64,000 nucleotides of DNA from Setoptus koraiensis. Its lineage: Eukaryota > Animalia > Arthropoda. The notes beneath the pieces are model-generated. The model saw nothing but the letters and a program-made list of their open reading frames with translations. It ran no database searches and was not told the DNA's origin. The stretch spans positions 1,054,001 to 1,118,000 of the forward strand of contig CM106586.1 in the NCBI GenBank assembly GCA_048013815.1, in the 5' to 3' direction. Position numbers and translations under genes: made by a program. Positions 23,628 to 40,623 of this stretch are shown here, piece after piece; the first letter of the stretch is position 1; each line of letters starts with the position of its first letter.

Positions 23628-23741
23628 ATGGCCAGTAACCAAGCTAATCAGCAGCAACAACTACAACAACAGCAACAGCAGACCGAACAATTATTACAAC
23701 AACAGCAACAACAGACAGAACAACAACAACAGCAGCAACAG

Positions 23742-23773
<32 letters not shown>

Positions 23774-26505
23774 GACCGAACAACAACAACAACAACAGCA
23801 GCAACAACAGCAGCAGACACAACAACCGTCTTACTCGATACCAGGGATACTACATTATTTGCAATATGAGTGGCACAAATTTGAGGCCGAAAGGCAACAG
23901 TGGGAAGTTGAAAAGGCAGAACTATCGGCCAGGATAGCGCTATTACAGGGAGATAGAAAAGCGCACGAGAACCTTAAATTTGATCTAGTTAGGCGCATCA
24001 AAATGCTTGAGTACTGCCTCAGGATGGAGAGGGCCAAATACCACAAGCTCAAATACGGTGTAGATCCGCCTGTGTTGGGTGCCGATGATGTTAGCAGCAC
24101 CAAACCAAAAGAAATTTCCACCGTAGACAAGCCTGAACCTAGTGCTAACAATGACCCCAGTACACAACAATTGGAGCCTAAGATTATTAGTGAATTAAGC
24201 AATTACAATTCTAATAATGATTCCGCGCAATACAAGCAAGGCCGTGAACTGCTGAGACAATATCTACAAGAAATAGGATACACAGATACAATCATAGATT
24301 TGCGATCTAATCGTGTGAGATCTTTACTAGGTATTGGAACGCCACAAGCTAATCTGCTTGGTTGTTCTCCCAATAATAACGTACTAGACAACGTGTTTCA
24401 CCAAAATCATGATGAACATTACGAAAAGCAGCCTGTTACCGCTATACTAACACATCACAATAAACAACAGTTAAAACAACAAAATAATTTAGATTCTACT
24501 GGACAAAATGCTAGCACCAACAGTGATCCATTAGGCTGGGATGAACTTCAAACTCAGATGAATCAACAACTCTCGAAAAAACCTCAATCTGCACCACGAA
24601 CTAACAGTACAAATGATACTACCACGGCGAATAATCAATTTGATTTAGAATCCAGCGCCATCAATCAATTGGAGCAACAATCAAATGGTAGAAAATGGAA
24701 TAATTCATTAACATCGGAAAATGAAGCCTCAGTATTAGCCAATTTTGAATTTCTATATGATCAAAATCGAACATCGAAAGATACAGAAGAGGACGAAGAA
24801 GAAGAAGTTTCTGAAGATATTGTAGATTCGGTTGATCGAGCATCTTCTGTAGCTGCCTCTGGTTATTCATATCACTTTGAGAAGGAAAATGATGCTTCTG
24901 TTATTTATGGTAATAAATTAGGTGGCTTCATGAATGCTAACAATACCACGATGGTAGATTCTTCTAAGAATAGTACCGATAATAAAACCAATGGTAAACC
25001 TACGAATGCAACCGATCAATTGGCCAACATGACACAGTTGAACTCAGTACCAAGAAAAAAGCAACCCGCAAAAAATGCTTTTGTTCCCCTCAAGAATGAC
25101 CCTGTAGATATAGGCGAACTTGCTGCTCTCATGACTTTACCAAATGATTCCGATTCTATGGATTCGGCCATAGGATCTAAATCAGCTGAGCATAGAAAGG
25201 CCTGGATCGCTAAATACCAACTCAAATCCCATTTTGATTGTGTGCGAGCTCTCAGATTCCACGATACAGAATCTTTATTGGTAACAGCATCGGAAGATGA
25301 AACTATTAAACTATGGAATCTAGCCAAAACACAACCAGTCACCAACAAGAATAAACAGACAGGTGTACCTGCGTCAATCAACACCCCGAACCCCTCAAAC
25401 TCTACCCTAGATCTTGAGCCAATCTACACATTTAGAGGTCACTCATCTCGAATATTATGCCTAGCTCTACACAAGAATATTATTTTTTCTGGTGCACAAA
25501 ATGGTGAAATCATAGTATGGCAAATACCTTCGACGGACATCTCTTCAATAGACCCATATGATAGATATGATTCCCGCCAGACTCTTGGTCAGCTAGAAGG
25601 CCATGGAGATGCTGTCTGGTCTCTAGAGATCATCAATGTTCCCACCAAGGCATCCCCTCTACTATGTTCGGCCAGCTCCGACAAAACCATCAAGATTTGG
25701 GATACATCGGTGACAAAAGAAGATGAAGAGCCACTCAATCAGACAATATCGACTAAGACACCCCTTGCAGTAATCGATGTGGGAGAATCTTCTCCAACAT
25801 GTCTAGCAACCATACCAGAGCTAAACAATTTTTTTTCAAGCAGTGATCTTGCAGTATCCTTCAGTGACGGAAAGATCAAATTTTATGATATTGCAGCTTG
25901 TCTAACAAAAACTGAACCCAATACTCAACCCTTTTTAACACTAGAACATGGAAGCCCCTCTAGGATAAATTCACTTGTAATTCATCCCAACTTGCCTTGC
26001 ATGGTTAGTGCTCACAATGATCGAGATATAAAATTCTGGGATTTAACTACTCGTAAGTATTTGGGCAGATATTCAGAAAACTTGTAATTACTCTCTGGAG
26101 ATGTCACAGTATTTAATGGAGTATCCATTTCTTTTTCATAACAGGAAAATGTAATCATACCATGGTTGCTCATCTTGATGAAGTTACAAGTTTAGCATGT
26201 GATCCAAATGGAGTTTATTTATTAAGTGCTGGTAAGTTACCCCTGCATTTATAGTAGCCTTCTTTAATTTCTCGTTGAACTCCTGGTTATAACATAGAAT
26301 TTTGTTATTTTATATTGCCAACTACAACTTAGGCCATGATTGTAGCGTTAGATTGTGGAATTTCAATGATAGAACTTGCGTTCAAGAGTTAACATCTCAT
26401 AGGAAAAAATTTGATGAAGCTATCTTTGCAGTCACATTTCATTCTACCTTACCACATTTCGCCACTGCTGGTGCAGATGGCTTAGCAAAAGTTTTTGTAT
26501 CATAG
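23628..26505 (+). CDS. Strn: Striatin (STRIPAK scaffold, PP2A B''' subunit); 3 exons (23628-26052, 26145-26231, 26333-26505), 894 aa
   Basis: YSIPGILHYLQYEW (caveolin-binding), coiled coil ARIALLQGDRKAHENLKFDLVRRIKMLEYCL, QGRELLRQYLQEIGYTDTI (CaM-binding) and a C-terminal WD40 ending AGADGLAKVFV. Exon sum 2685 nt is in frame. Confidence 0.95.
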
Positions 26506-26823
26506 GCAATTAGATAACTAGTTTAGAAATAACTATTGTTACAACAATAAAATCACCTTACCCAGTACATGAAATTGCATCGATCCGATCCCTCTTCCCA
26601 GTGCACCTCCAACAACCGTTCAGCCAGCTCACACCTTTCCAAGTAATTCACAGATGGAAGTTATATCAATTGGTTCTAACTGCAAGGAGACCCTTGGAGA
26701 TCTTTGAATGATCAAATCAATTTACTATTATACAGCTTTATTTAAAAAAAATGCGTTTGTTTATTGTGATAAAACTATGTGAGAAATCATCTTTGATGAT
26801 AGGTCATGATTTGCCATAGCACT

Positions 26824-28334
26824 TCAATCCTCTTTCTCATGCTCTTCATCCCTCAAGGGAACTTCATCGTCGTCAGTTGAATTAGAGTTACAGCAGATTG
26901 TAAAAATTACAGCACAAAATCCCAAAACAGGTATGAAGAGAATTGAACTTATCACCAGAGGTTCACCTTTAAATGTTTTTAAAAAAATTGAAAAAATTGT
27001 GTATAAGTTGAATATATTTCGTTTAGTACTGTGTAAGAGACTATCACCTCCAACCATTTTATCGGGTATATGTCCCTTTTCTATCTCCTCTAGATAGTGC
27101 TTGATGTATCTGCTTAGTTTGTCCAACTCTTGTGGTACTCTGGCTTTGTTAGAGACATAGGGAATGTCTTCAGGCATGTAGTAACTTAAGTTTTGTGCGA
27201 GCACCATCAAATTTGGCACTGGGTCAATGGTTCTTATGGCAAGTGAATTCAAAGTTGAAAGATCTGATGACCACGCAAATAGAAATGCTTCATTTTCTGC
27301 ATAATCTTTGGCTATCCCAGCAATAACCTCTTTGAACATTGCATTCGACAAAGTCATTCTTTTTGTAGGTTCATGTTCGTCTAGAACAGCTATAACTAAT
27401 AGCCTTCTAGTCTCAAGAGCTCTTTTCAGATTAGACGATCCTAGTTTAGAGAAGATGGCAAATGTATTATTTTTGATAAAATTAAGAAGATTCCCATTAT
27501 CGTAGTCATTGATAGAATTCCAGTATGAGATTGGCTGAGGCTTCTTAGATTTTAGTATAAATATATCGCCCTTATGTACGTCTTTGGTTTTGAATATGCC
27601 CGGACACTGGTTGATGCTTGTTTGGTAGAACCAAAAGTTAGTTGAGTGATTTCCTGCAGCATAGCTGTACCTCAAGTACAACTCTTCTGACTGATTCTTC
27701 AAGTTAGAAAGTATTATGACTTGATGGCTATCTATTTGGTGCTGAAGATCTTGGCAAGTATCTATAGTTTTTATAGGGGGTCCATGTAGACGATCTGCAA
27801 AAGAAACTATATCTTCTACATTCCTTTCTCCATAATAAGTAAATCGTTTACTACCATCAATGAATTTGATTGTGGGAAAAGATTCTATTGAAAATTGCTC
27901 AGCGAGTTGTGGATACTTTGTACAGTCCACTCGACCAACTATGAGATTGTCATGCATATGATAGAGCGCCTCTGCTACATTAGCGTATGTAGGTTCTGTA
28001 ATCGAAGAGAATAACGAAATGAGATCAAAATCAAAATTAGGTACAAGGAGCGAACACAGTGCGTTAGTGAGTACAGAATTTGATTCTTAACAATAGATTT
28101 ACCCAAATCTCTGCAATGATGACACCAAGGGGCGTAGAATTTGACCAGCCATCCTCTATTAGGATCTTGTTTCAGATACTCTGTAAACTTTCCATCGAGC
28201 TCAATTACTTTGGCTTGCACGTTCGAACCGAGTCCTGTGACCAATGATAAGTTAAGTAGCACCCAGAGTAGTGTTCTCAGAGTGTTTCCGCGGACAATTG
28301 CTTTTGTTTCTGAGGTAAAGCTACGAGCGGTCAT
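26824..28334 (-). CDS. TMX3: Thioredoxin-related transmembrane protein (TMX3-like PDI family); 2 exons (28334-28103, 27995-26824), 467 aa
   Basis: Signal peptide, WLVKFYAPWCHHCRDL|EPTY, VGRVDCTKY..FPTIKF, two redox-inactive Trx-like folds, a C-terminal TM segment and an acidic tail. Exon sum 1404 nt is in frame. Confidence 0.85.
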
Positions 28335-28597
28335 GATTGTTCAGTTTGTTCTGGTATCGGCTACAATTGTTTGATAGTACAGTTCGCCGGATTGTTCTCG
28401 TTAGTCGGTTCCCCTAGACATATTGTAGGGTCCAATGAAATGGCGATAATACAATTACATCAATAATGTGACAAATAAAAGGACATTAGCATGTTGTAGT
28501 TTCTGGCATGGTTAGCATTATAGTGGTCGATCAATGATGGGGTAACCAGACGCGCTCAAGACGTAAATATAAACATTATGCGCGTGCCAGCTAGAAG

Positions 28598-28627
28598 ATA
28601 TTCACATGAATAATTCACGTGAATATT
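28598..28627. promoter_or_regulatory. Near-palindromic tandem E-box pair in the TMX3/Arp3 head-to-head promoter
   Basis: ATATTCACATGAATAATTCACGTGAATATT contains TCACATGA and TCACGTGA; function inferred only. Confidence 0.3.
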
Positions 28628-29133
28628 CTCACAGTTTACCATCTATCGCGATCCGTTCATCGGTGCAGGCATACAAGCATCTTTAGTGAATACCGACATG
28701 GATCGATATTCGAGTTTGAATTACTCATGAATCGACCATAGCCATGATATTTATGGTATTCATTTGAGACAATGGTAAAACACAGATAAAAAAGCAAACA
28801 AAAAGTTCTTTCGAACTTGGCGCCATTGAATCATCATCTGTATTAAGAGGCAAGCCAATGAACTGATACAAACTGATTCGAACCACTCGTCAGTCAGTTC
28901 GCTGCTCTTTAAACTAAAATCATGGATATCCTACTAGACCAATGACCATCTTCAAGCTCTAGTTAATAACGACATAGGCATGTTAGTTTTGATATTCTTC
29001 TACGATATATAAGCTAGATATATACTGTTGGCGACAAGACCAATTCAAATAAAGGAGCCGGTTATAATTTAATCATACTAATAACAACAACTATACCTAA
29101 CCAAGAGCAGTAGTATTAGCCAATATAGTAGTG

Positions 29134-30393
29134 ATGGCCTTTCAGTTGCCGGCCATCGTTATCGACAATGGAACTGGCTACACTAAACTGGGTTATGCTG
29201 GTAACCGTGAACCTCAATTTATAATACCATCCACCATATCGATCAAGGAGACATCCAAAGTTGGCGATCAGGCCTCCAGACGATTAACTCGCGGCATAGA
29301 CGATCTAGATTTCTACATTGGCGACGAGGCGTTAGACGCTCCAGGCTATTCAATTAAATATCCAATAAGACATGGCATCATTGAGGATTGGGATCTAATG
29401 GAACGTTATTGGGAGCAATGCATCTTTAAATACTTGAGAGCCGAACCAGAGGACCACTATTTTCTACTAACCGAACCACCTTTGAACACGCCAGAGAATA
29501 GAGAATACACTGCCGAGATTATGTTCGAATCTTTCAATGTGCCAGGTTTATATATAGCGGTCCAAGCAGTATTAGCCTTAGCGGCATCGTGGACGTCCAG
29601 GCCAGTGGGCGAACGGACCCTTACTGGAATGGTTATTGATTCAGGCGATGGTGTTACACATTGCATACCAGTTGCTGAGGGCTATGTTATTGGTAGTTGC
29701 ATAAAGCACATTCCAATAGCTGGTAGAAATATAACCTATTTTATACAAAGTCTATTACGTGAACGAGAGCAATCTATACCTCCAGAGCAATCATTGGAGA
29801 CAGCTAAGGCGATTAAGGAAAGATTTTGTTATATTTGTCCTGATTTGGCTAAAGAATTTGAGAAATATGATAAAAATCCTAACAAATGGATCAAAAAATA
29901 CATGGGACACAACAATATAACAAAGAATCCCTTTGAGATCGACGTAGGCTTTGAACGCTTCTTGGGGCCCGAGATATTTTTCAATCCAGAAATTGCCAAC
30001 TCAGACTTTATAGCCCCATTGTCGGAAATTGTGGATGATTGTATTCAGAATTCACCCATTGATGTTAGAAGGCCATTATACAAGAATATTGTACTGTCAG
30101 GAGGATCTACTATGTTCAGAGATTTTGATCGTAGATTACAAAGAGACATACAAAGAATAGTTAATGCCAGACTCAAAACTAGCTATAGCTTGAGTCAAGG
30201 TAGAGTCAACCCAAAACCAATAGATGTTCAAGTATTGTCGCATCACATGCAACGTTACGCTGTTTGGTTTGGTGGATCAATGTTAGCTTCTACACCCGAA
30301 TTCTACACAGACTATTGTCACACTAAAGCTCAATATGACGAATATGGTCCATCTATCTGCAGGCACAATCCTGTAGTCAATCCAGAACTGTAA
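29134..30393 (+). CDS. Arp3: Actin-related protein 3 (Arp2/3 complex), intronless, 419 aa
   Basis: [79 protein letters not shown]. Confidence 0.97.
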   Translation: MAFQLPAIVIDNGTGYTKLGYAGNREPQFIIPSTISIKETSKVGDQASRRLTRGIDDLDFYIGDEALDAPGYSIKYPIRHGIIEDWDLMERYWEQCIFKYLRAEPEDHYFLLTEPPLNTPENREYTAEIMFESFNVPGLYIAVQAVLALAASWTSRPVGERTLTGMVIDSGDGVTHCIPVAEGYVIGSCIKHIPIAGRNITYFIQSLLREREQSIPPEQSLETAKAIKERFCYICPDLAKEFEKYDKNPNKWIKKYMGHNNITKNPFEIDVGFERFLGPEIFFNPEIANSDFIAPLSEIVDDCIQNSPIDVRRPLYKNIVLSGGSTMFRDFDRRLQRDIQRIVNARLKTSYSLSQGRVNPKPIDVQVLSHHMQRYAVWFGGSMLASTPEFYTDYCHTKAQYDEYGPSICRHNPVVNPEL

Positions 30394-31192
30394 TATAAAT
30401 AATGCTATTAAATTTATCCGTCATTGGAAGCTCACGAGAAGTCAGTCAATAGATGTTTTAGTTGAACAACTTGACAAGTTTATTTGACTATTATTATTAA
30501 AATTTTTTCTCTATTCTACTGCTTAAGTGAATAAGTGTCACCTATGCTCAGGTGTTTTGTTTTAGTCGCATATTATTATTTACCTAGTCATTATTTGCTC
30601 ACGCTCTGGTTGTGAAGAGAAGATGAATTTATTGTGGGTCAACAGTTGATGATCAGATGATGTCTTTGTTTGCTATTAACATTTTTGACGTCCGCCATAG
30701 ATTTATTGAACTTTTCAACAAACTGTTGTCAATGTTTATTTTGAGCATTCGTGCAGTCTGGCTGTAGCTATGACACATTCGACAACAAAGAAATTTCAAC
30801 AAATCATGTTGACCATAGTTAACGATTGACATATTGTCATTAGTGCTATCATTGCGAGTATGACTTGACAACAATAATGACCCAGTTATCGAAAAATAAG
30901 ACCAGATCAATCGGTGTGATTGAAAATTTATAGCAAACAATCACAATGACTGGAGCAATATGAGAGCAAACAATATCAGAGAGGACTTTGTTGCCCTAAC
31001 AGGATGGCCTCCTCGGTCGATTGATTTTCTAAGTATATTGTCGGACTAGTCATGAAAGCTTGCCAGTCGCAGGTACATCGCAGTTAGAGAATGATCGATT
31101 GCAATAAATGGAACCTTGCGTTCAGGATTTCATTTGATTACAGTGTATATAGTGCATCAATTCGATAAAAATAGAAGAATCGGAAAGAATAT

Positions 31193-34100
31193 ATGGACAA
31201 ACCAATCAAGATGTTTTCAATATCACTAGTATTAATGTTAGCCTTCGCAGCTACAAATGAAATACGGTCGTCCGATGTGAGCCCAAGAATCGGTTTGGCT
31301 CCCCATGAAAGGCCCACTTGTCAATCGGTTAATCAAACCCCCGGGTCAGAAAATCAAGTGGGAATAGAGGCTGTTTCTCTACAAATTCACACAAAAGGAA
31401 AGGACGAGTCATCGAAGATTTCAACAAAATCTAAGTTTGACAGCTCAGATAGACTGAGAAAATTGCGACAGTTAATGAAGGCCAGTAACTATGACGCCTA
31501 TCTTGTGACATTAGAAGATGAGCACGGTTCGGAGTTTCCCTCTGAACAAGACAATCGATTGCAATTCATTTCTGGCTTCACCGGATCAAGAGGCTACGCG
31601 CTGATTCTGATGGATCGAGCGGTGTTCGTAACCGATGGCAGGTATGAGATCCAAGCAGAACAAGAATTGGATTGTAATTGGTGGACAATATCCAACAGTG
31701 GAAACATTGCCGATTTGATTCAATGGCTAAAAGAGAACACAGCCAAAGGATTGAAGGTGGCAATAAACGCGCGCCTCATCTCTTTGCAAGAGGTAAGTGC
31801 TTGATAATGGAGAGTATATTTCTTACCAATAGAATTAATCAGAGGTATGTGTAAATGAAACTTTTTATTATGTCTTCTTTATCTTCACCACATGGTTACA
31901 AAGTATGAGCTATTAGAGAGCAAGATTCAAGCGATGGAATCGCAAACACTACTGCTATCACAAGATCTGATCGACACAGTTTGGAATAGCATGTCTGGCG
32001 ACGCGCGTAAACCTTCATCCGATGCTCCTATATTGATACACCCAATTCAGTATGCGGGCTCTAGTTGGCAGCAAAAATTGGTGAAATTGTCGGATAAAAT
32101 GAACGAGTTGCAACTCGGTAGTTATGTAATCACTGCTCTTGACGAGATAGCCTGGTTGTTTAATTTGCGCGGTGGCGATCTACCCTACAATCCCTTATTC
32201 AAGGCCTATGTATTGATAAGCAAATATCAGGCGCCACAAGCGATACAACAGCAGGTGATGCCGATTAATCCATTTGTGCCCATTGCAGCGGCAGCACCGC
32301 AAGCGGCCGTACGAACCGTCGATATTATGCAAGTCATTAGCGTGACTCTTTATATAGACCTGAGAAAAATTACGCCAGCTCTAAGGGACTATTTAGGCGT
32401 CGACAATGCCACAATAACTCTGAGAACAACCACAAATGAAACAAACGGAACACAGAAAAAATCTGGCTCGAAAATAGTGATCAATTTAGTGGACTATGAT
32501 CTTTTTATCAAAGATCTGAGTGAGCGATTTTCTTTGCCAGGCAAAATTTCCGGACGGCTGGCTATTCCAATTAGATCAAACGTTGCAGTACATACAATGG
32601 CGAAGAATTACCAAGATCGCGTTATATTGACCGAATCGTTGATTGTGTACATGAAAGGTGTGAAATCGGACGTTGAAGTGCACAATATGAGAGAGGCTCA
32701 TATACGCGATTCATTGGCCATTAGTATGTTGTTGGCGCAATTGGATTCTGACATATCGGCCGACGTATCAGCAAACATGAAGTTAGACACCAGTACAAAT
32801 ATGTTTGCCCTCTCTGAACAAAATTCTGGCCAGACGAAATGGAATGAAATATCCGCCGCGAATCAATTAGAATTGTATCGCAAAGTGATGCAAAACAACA
32901 GAGGCCTATCGTTTGAGACAATATCTGCATTCGGTTCAAACGGGGCCATAATACATTATGGACCTAGCCAGTCGACTAGTAAAACAATCGACAATTCGTC
33001 CATGTATCTGCTCGATAGCGGTGGCCAATATTTAGACGGCACAACCGATATAACACGAACCACTCATTTTGGTCAACCCAATGATTGGCAGCGAGAAACA
33101 TACACTCGAGTGCTAATGGGGTCTATTGATACGATGATGCTCAGATTTCCGGCGACGGCCACATATAAAGTGAGTGACATTTTGGCCAGAAGACATTTGT
33201 ACGAAATTGGACTCGATTATGCCCATGGTACTGGACACGGCATTGGTGCTTATGGTTTGGTGCACGAGTCGCCATCTATAATTGCAAAACATGGCGGCAG
33301 TTCTGGTTTGCCTCCGAAGGCCACTACTCAATCTGGTGTGCCTATAATAAGCAGTCACATTGCGCCCATTGAAGCAAACATGATGAGCTCCGTGGAGCCT
33401 GGATACTACAAACAAGACGATTTCGGTATTAGAATAGAAGACATAGTAGTAGTGAAGAATATTGTGTCATCAGAACAGTTTGACAACAACCAGACACAGA
33501 AGACAAGCGGTGTCGATTTGACCACAGCAACATCGACAGGTGAACTGCAGCAAAAAAAGCAACGAGACAACAACAAAAATGCGGGCGCGAAATTCCTCGG
33601 CTTCGAGCCCATGTCGCTGGTGCCTTATGAGCCAAAATTAATCAAGTTCCACATGTTGAGCGAACAACAAAAATCCTGGCTCAATCAATACAATAGACTG
33701 ATCAGAAATAAATTGATTGCGCTCATTAAGCAATTTATGAATGTGTTAGATGGAAGAAAAAAAAAGAGACTGGCCGCCAGTCAGCAAATAAGACAAGCCA
33801 ACAACAACAACTCAACCTATAACAACTTGAGCAATTTATACAATGGACTTATAGATGATGAGACATTGCGTTTGGCGCTCCAACGCGCTCATCTGTGGAT
33901 ACTGCTAAAGACTGAGTCTATTCCGATGGCCACCACAAGTGGCCACTATATAACCAGATATTTCGATCAACTAAATGACGACACCGCTCATATCAACAAC
34001 AACAACCCCATGTTGTCCTATAGTTTAGGAGCACAACAGTCTTTTAATAACATTCACAATCAACAAGAGGACGACATTAATAATTATAGATGCGACGAAA

Positions 34101-34279
34101 CGGTCAATCCGAAATCGTGTGGCCTCTTTATGATGGCGGCAAATCAATTTCATCGATCGGCCAACGCCCGAAACGATGCCTCTCAACGTTTGCCGGCAAC
34201 ACATGAGCCGATTGTTTATTTCATTTCTCTCATTGTTATGCAAACTATTGTAATGACTTTTGGAGGCTTTCATCTGTAA
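31193..34279 (+). CDS. Xaa-Pro aminopeptidase (aminopeptidase P, M24B), secretory/GPI type; 2 exons (31193-31792, 31904-34279), 991 aa
   Basis: Signal peptide, RLQFISGFTGS, TDGRYEIQA, DEIAWLFNLRG, and metal-ligand motifs LDSGGQYLDGTTDITRT, HGTGHGIG, EPGYY, GIRIED. Hydrophobic C-terminus; exon sum 2976 nt is in frame. Confidence 0.92.
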
Positions 34280-36082
34280 TATCTCTCTGTTTAACATGAT
34301 GATTACGAGTATTTATTATTGAAGAAACGAAATTTAGCACGATGTAAACAATGCAACTAATATCGAATCACATTCACAGAATAAAACGAATATAATAAAA
34401 TGAATCAATAGATAGTCTGTCATTGATTCGAGTGACGTTTAACGATAGCTTATTTCGGTCGACATGTTGTTTTGAGTGCCTGATTCTGTGGGCGACGCAT
34501 TCTCTTAATTAGATTATTCTAATGGCTCAGCCATGATAGAAATAGAAACTACATAGCTAAAACTACAATCGAAACCGCAACCACAACCGAAACAACGAAT
34601 CTCATGGTAACTCCTAACTACACTGTATTATAGGTATTGACGATGCTGCCATCCATTTCACACTACAATTACATGCTGCTGGTTGGCCATTAAGTAGCAA
34701 GTGTGTCGAAAGGGATCAGTTGATGCTGCTGTTGTTGTTGTTGTTGTTGTTATTGTTGTTGTTGGTGGTGGTGGTGGTGCGGCTAGGCGGTTTTTGTTTC
34801 ATCAAAGTAACCACAAAGGTTGTTGGGCGTATTTGGCCAACCCGTTGCAACTTTTCCATTTTTACTTTTTCTCTCAAACGTAAACTTAAACTCAAACTTA
34901 AAGTTCAACTCAATGTTGAAACTCTGTCGCTCAAACTGACTTTTCGTTGGTTGGTCACGTTGATTTAGCGGCTCAAACAACAACGCCATTGGCCGTGTCT
35001 ACCCCCTACATACTAGTAGCTGAACATAATAACAATTAGAGAGGCCCAACAAGGAACATCATGCGCAAATAGACACGTAGTTGCTGTTGCTGTTGCTAGT
35101 GATGTTGTTGCTGGTGTCGTGGTTGTTGAGTAACTTGTTTCTTCCTCCTCGTAGCTTGTAACTTGATGTGATACACAACTTTCTCTTATTATTGCTCTCA
35201 TCTCATGATCATTTGCAGTTTACTTAGAAACAATAATGCCGGCCGTCTAATGGTGCACTAGCAGCAGCTTATTCGGCTGATTTGTGCAATAGTAATTGTT
35301 ATTGCTATCATTATTATTGTTGGCGGCTATATGTTTGCTATAGTACAAACAAAATCGCCAGTGTCGCTCATGCATCTGCATTAGAATTTTCTCTCTCTTT
35401 CTATTTATATATATCTCACTCTATCACTATTCATCTGTCTGCGTGTAATCTGCAAACTCTATTCCACTGGAAGCCCCCAAACGGCAACATCTACGAGTAT
35501 TATCCATCAGTGGTGACCGAAAGCACAGCACTCAACGGGAAAAACAAACGAGCACCAAACAAATATAGTAGATGTAGTTGTTAGCACAACCACTCAACAA
35601 CATGATGGGCATAATGGGCAGTGTAATATACTTTTTTACAACACCAATCAACTGTCAAATGCCGGCGCTTTGTTGTCGCTTCTACTGACTGCTATTCTCA
35701 TCCCCAGAATTCGGGAGATTTCTTTCGGAGTTCCAGTTCTGGAGCATTCAAATTAGCAACCAGCAACAAGTGGCGATAGCAACTCGACTGCTTGCGTCAG
35801 ATTTACATGCGAACAATATTACACGCATCACGTATTGGCCGCATCATTTGATGTTGTCACAGTTTCACGTAACCTATAATGTTGTCATTATAAACCCTCG
35901 TTTAATTTGACATTTGATCAACAATGTCAAATGATCTTATACAACTGCAAGTCTCGCTTGTTCATAGGCTTTTGACACTGTAACAACAACAGCAGCAAGG
36001 CAACCATAGGAGTATAAATAACGTGAATAATATGTTGGAGTGATGTCATTGAGTGAAAAAGTAATCAAGTGACAAATGGTGG

Positions 36083-36116
<34 letters not shown>

Positions 36117-37666
36117 AGATCATATCTCACCATCAATTGACAAAAAGTTCTTCCGAGAATCCAATCGATGATCGTATGTGCCCAATTCAAGTTAATTATA
36201 GCCACACTGCGAGGCAATAATTAACTTTAACCAAAGCTATTGATGAAGTTGGCAATAGATATTTTTCACAGAGTGTGCGCATTTTAAGTTCTACCCCTCA
36301 TCATTTATCTCCTATTTATTGCGATCTTCCATTCGCGCTGCACAATCTCGCCGTTTGTAACTTATAGTTGATCCCATGTAGGCAAACTCAACTGTAGCGA
36401 CTCAAATTCATCCGAATAGTTTGAGTAGCCTAGTAATAAACTAATGTTTTTTTAGTCACATCCAACTTACCAATTAACCACTATACCGTTCGCTACAACA
36501 CAATCGTCAATTCCAACAATAGAGCAGAATCAGCCAGAGAGAGAGGAAGAGACAATGTTTTATACATCATGGCATGATCTTTAATAAAAAAATCGGATAC
36601 AAAAAAACGACAGCCTATAAACCGCCATTCTCGCCTACAATCGCGAGTCTAGTATAACACTAGAAATAATAGTTTTGCTAAGTGTAATGATAGCTCCGAA
36701 TGAATTCCAAGCAAATTAGAATAGTTTATGCTCAAGCTGTGACTATTCATCATCATGTTAGTCAGTCACTCATTTAGTCAGTCATCCAGTCACTCATTTA
36801 GTTGTCTAGTCTCACTATAAAAGGTTCACTGACAAATGAATCAACAATCACAAAGAGTCACTGTTCAATCCATCAACAAGTCGACACTAAATAAATAATC
36901 ACAACAATACTATTAGATAATATTAAACATTGTTGATTGAGATAGCCAACTAATATCAAAAAAAAACAATTCAAATTTTGTATCTCTATGAATGTAATCT
37001 AAGCAAATCTATAATATTCTAGCATATATCAATCAGTAGTTGAGATGCACTTGTTCTAGCCAACAACGAACAAAGGAGTTATAAATACCACCAAAGTATG
37101 ACGATTTCAATTCTACAAGACATTGTTGAACCATGGCGAAGAGATGATTAAGATTGTAATTGATTATGATTAGCTTCAATCAGTCTTTTTCATCTCTTTT
37201 ATCATTGTTCTTGAATGCAACGTGCAAGAAGTGCCTTCATCCAGCTATGAATTCTTAGGCAATTCGCATTGCTGGCAAAACAACTATGACATCTCGAGAC
37301 GATCAAAGAGAATATAAGGTGCAAACAGGCTCAATAAGATTCATTTGATTAGATTCACTCCAATAATGAATGTTTTTGATTTAACCCATCCTACAAATTT
37401 CAGATGTGTGATTTTTCGATCTCGCATCCTACCAGCTCAACAATTGCTTGCCAGAAATACAAAAGTATTGTCCTGGGAACAAGTCAGTTTAGAAACAATC
37501 GACAACATATTCTTCTTTTTATATATTATTAATCAGTTTTTTCTGTTAAATAAACTTTTTTAATCCTTGTAAGATATATATATCATGTACCACAAATGAA
37601 TATTCATAATACATCGTCATCATTCGAATTCATTAAAAAAAATACATTTGTGAGATTGTTCATTTT

Positions 37667-40623
<2,957 letters not shown>

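Noticed and set aside
34700-35600. Short ORFs with KLKLKL or Thr-rich content and a degenerate hexamer run (AAACTT/AAACTC)
   Set aside because: No splice-consistent model or domain; low-complexity intergenic or UTR sequence.
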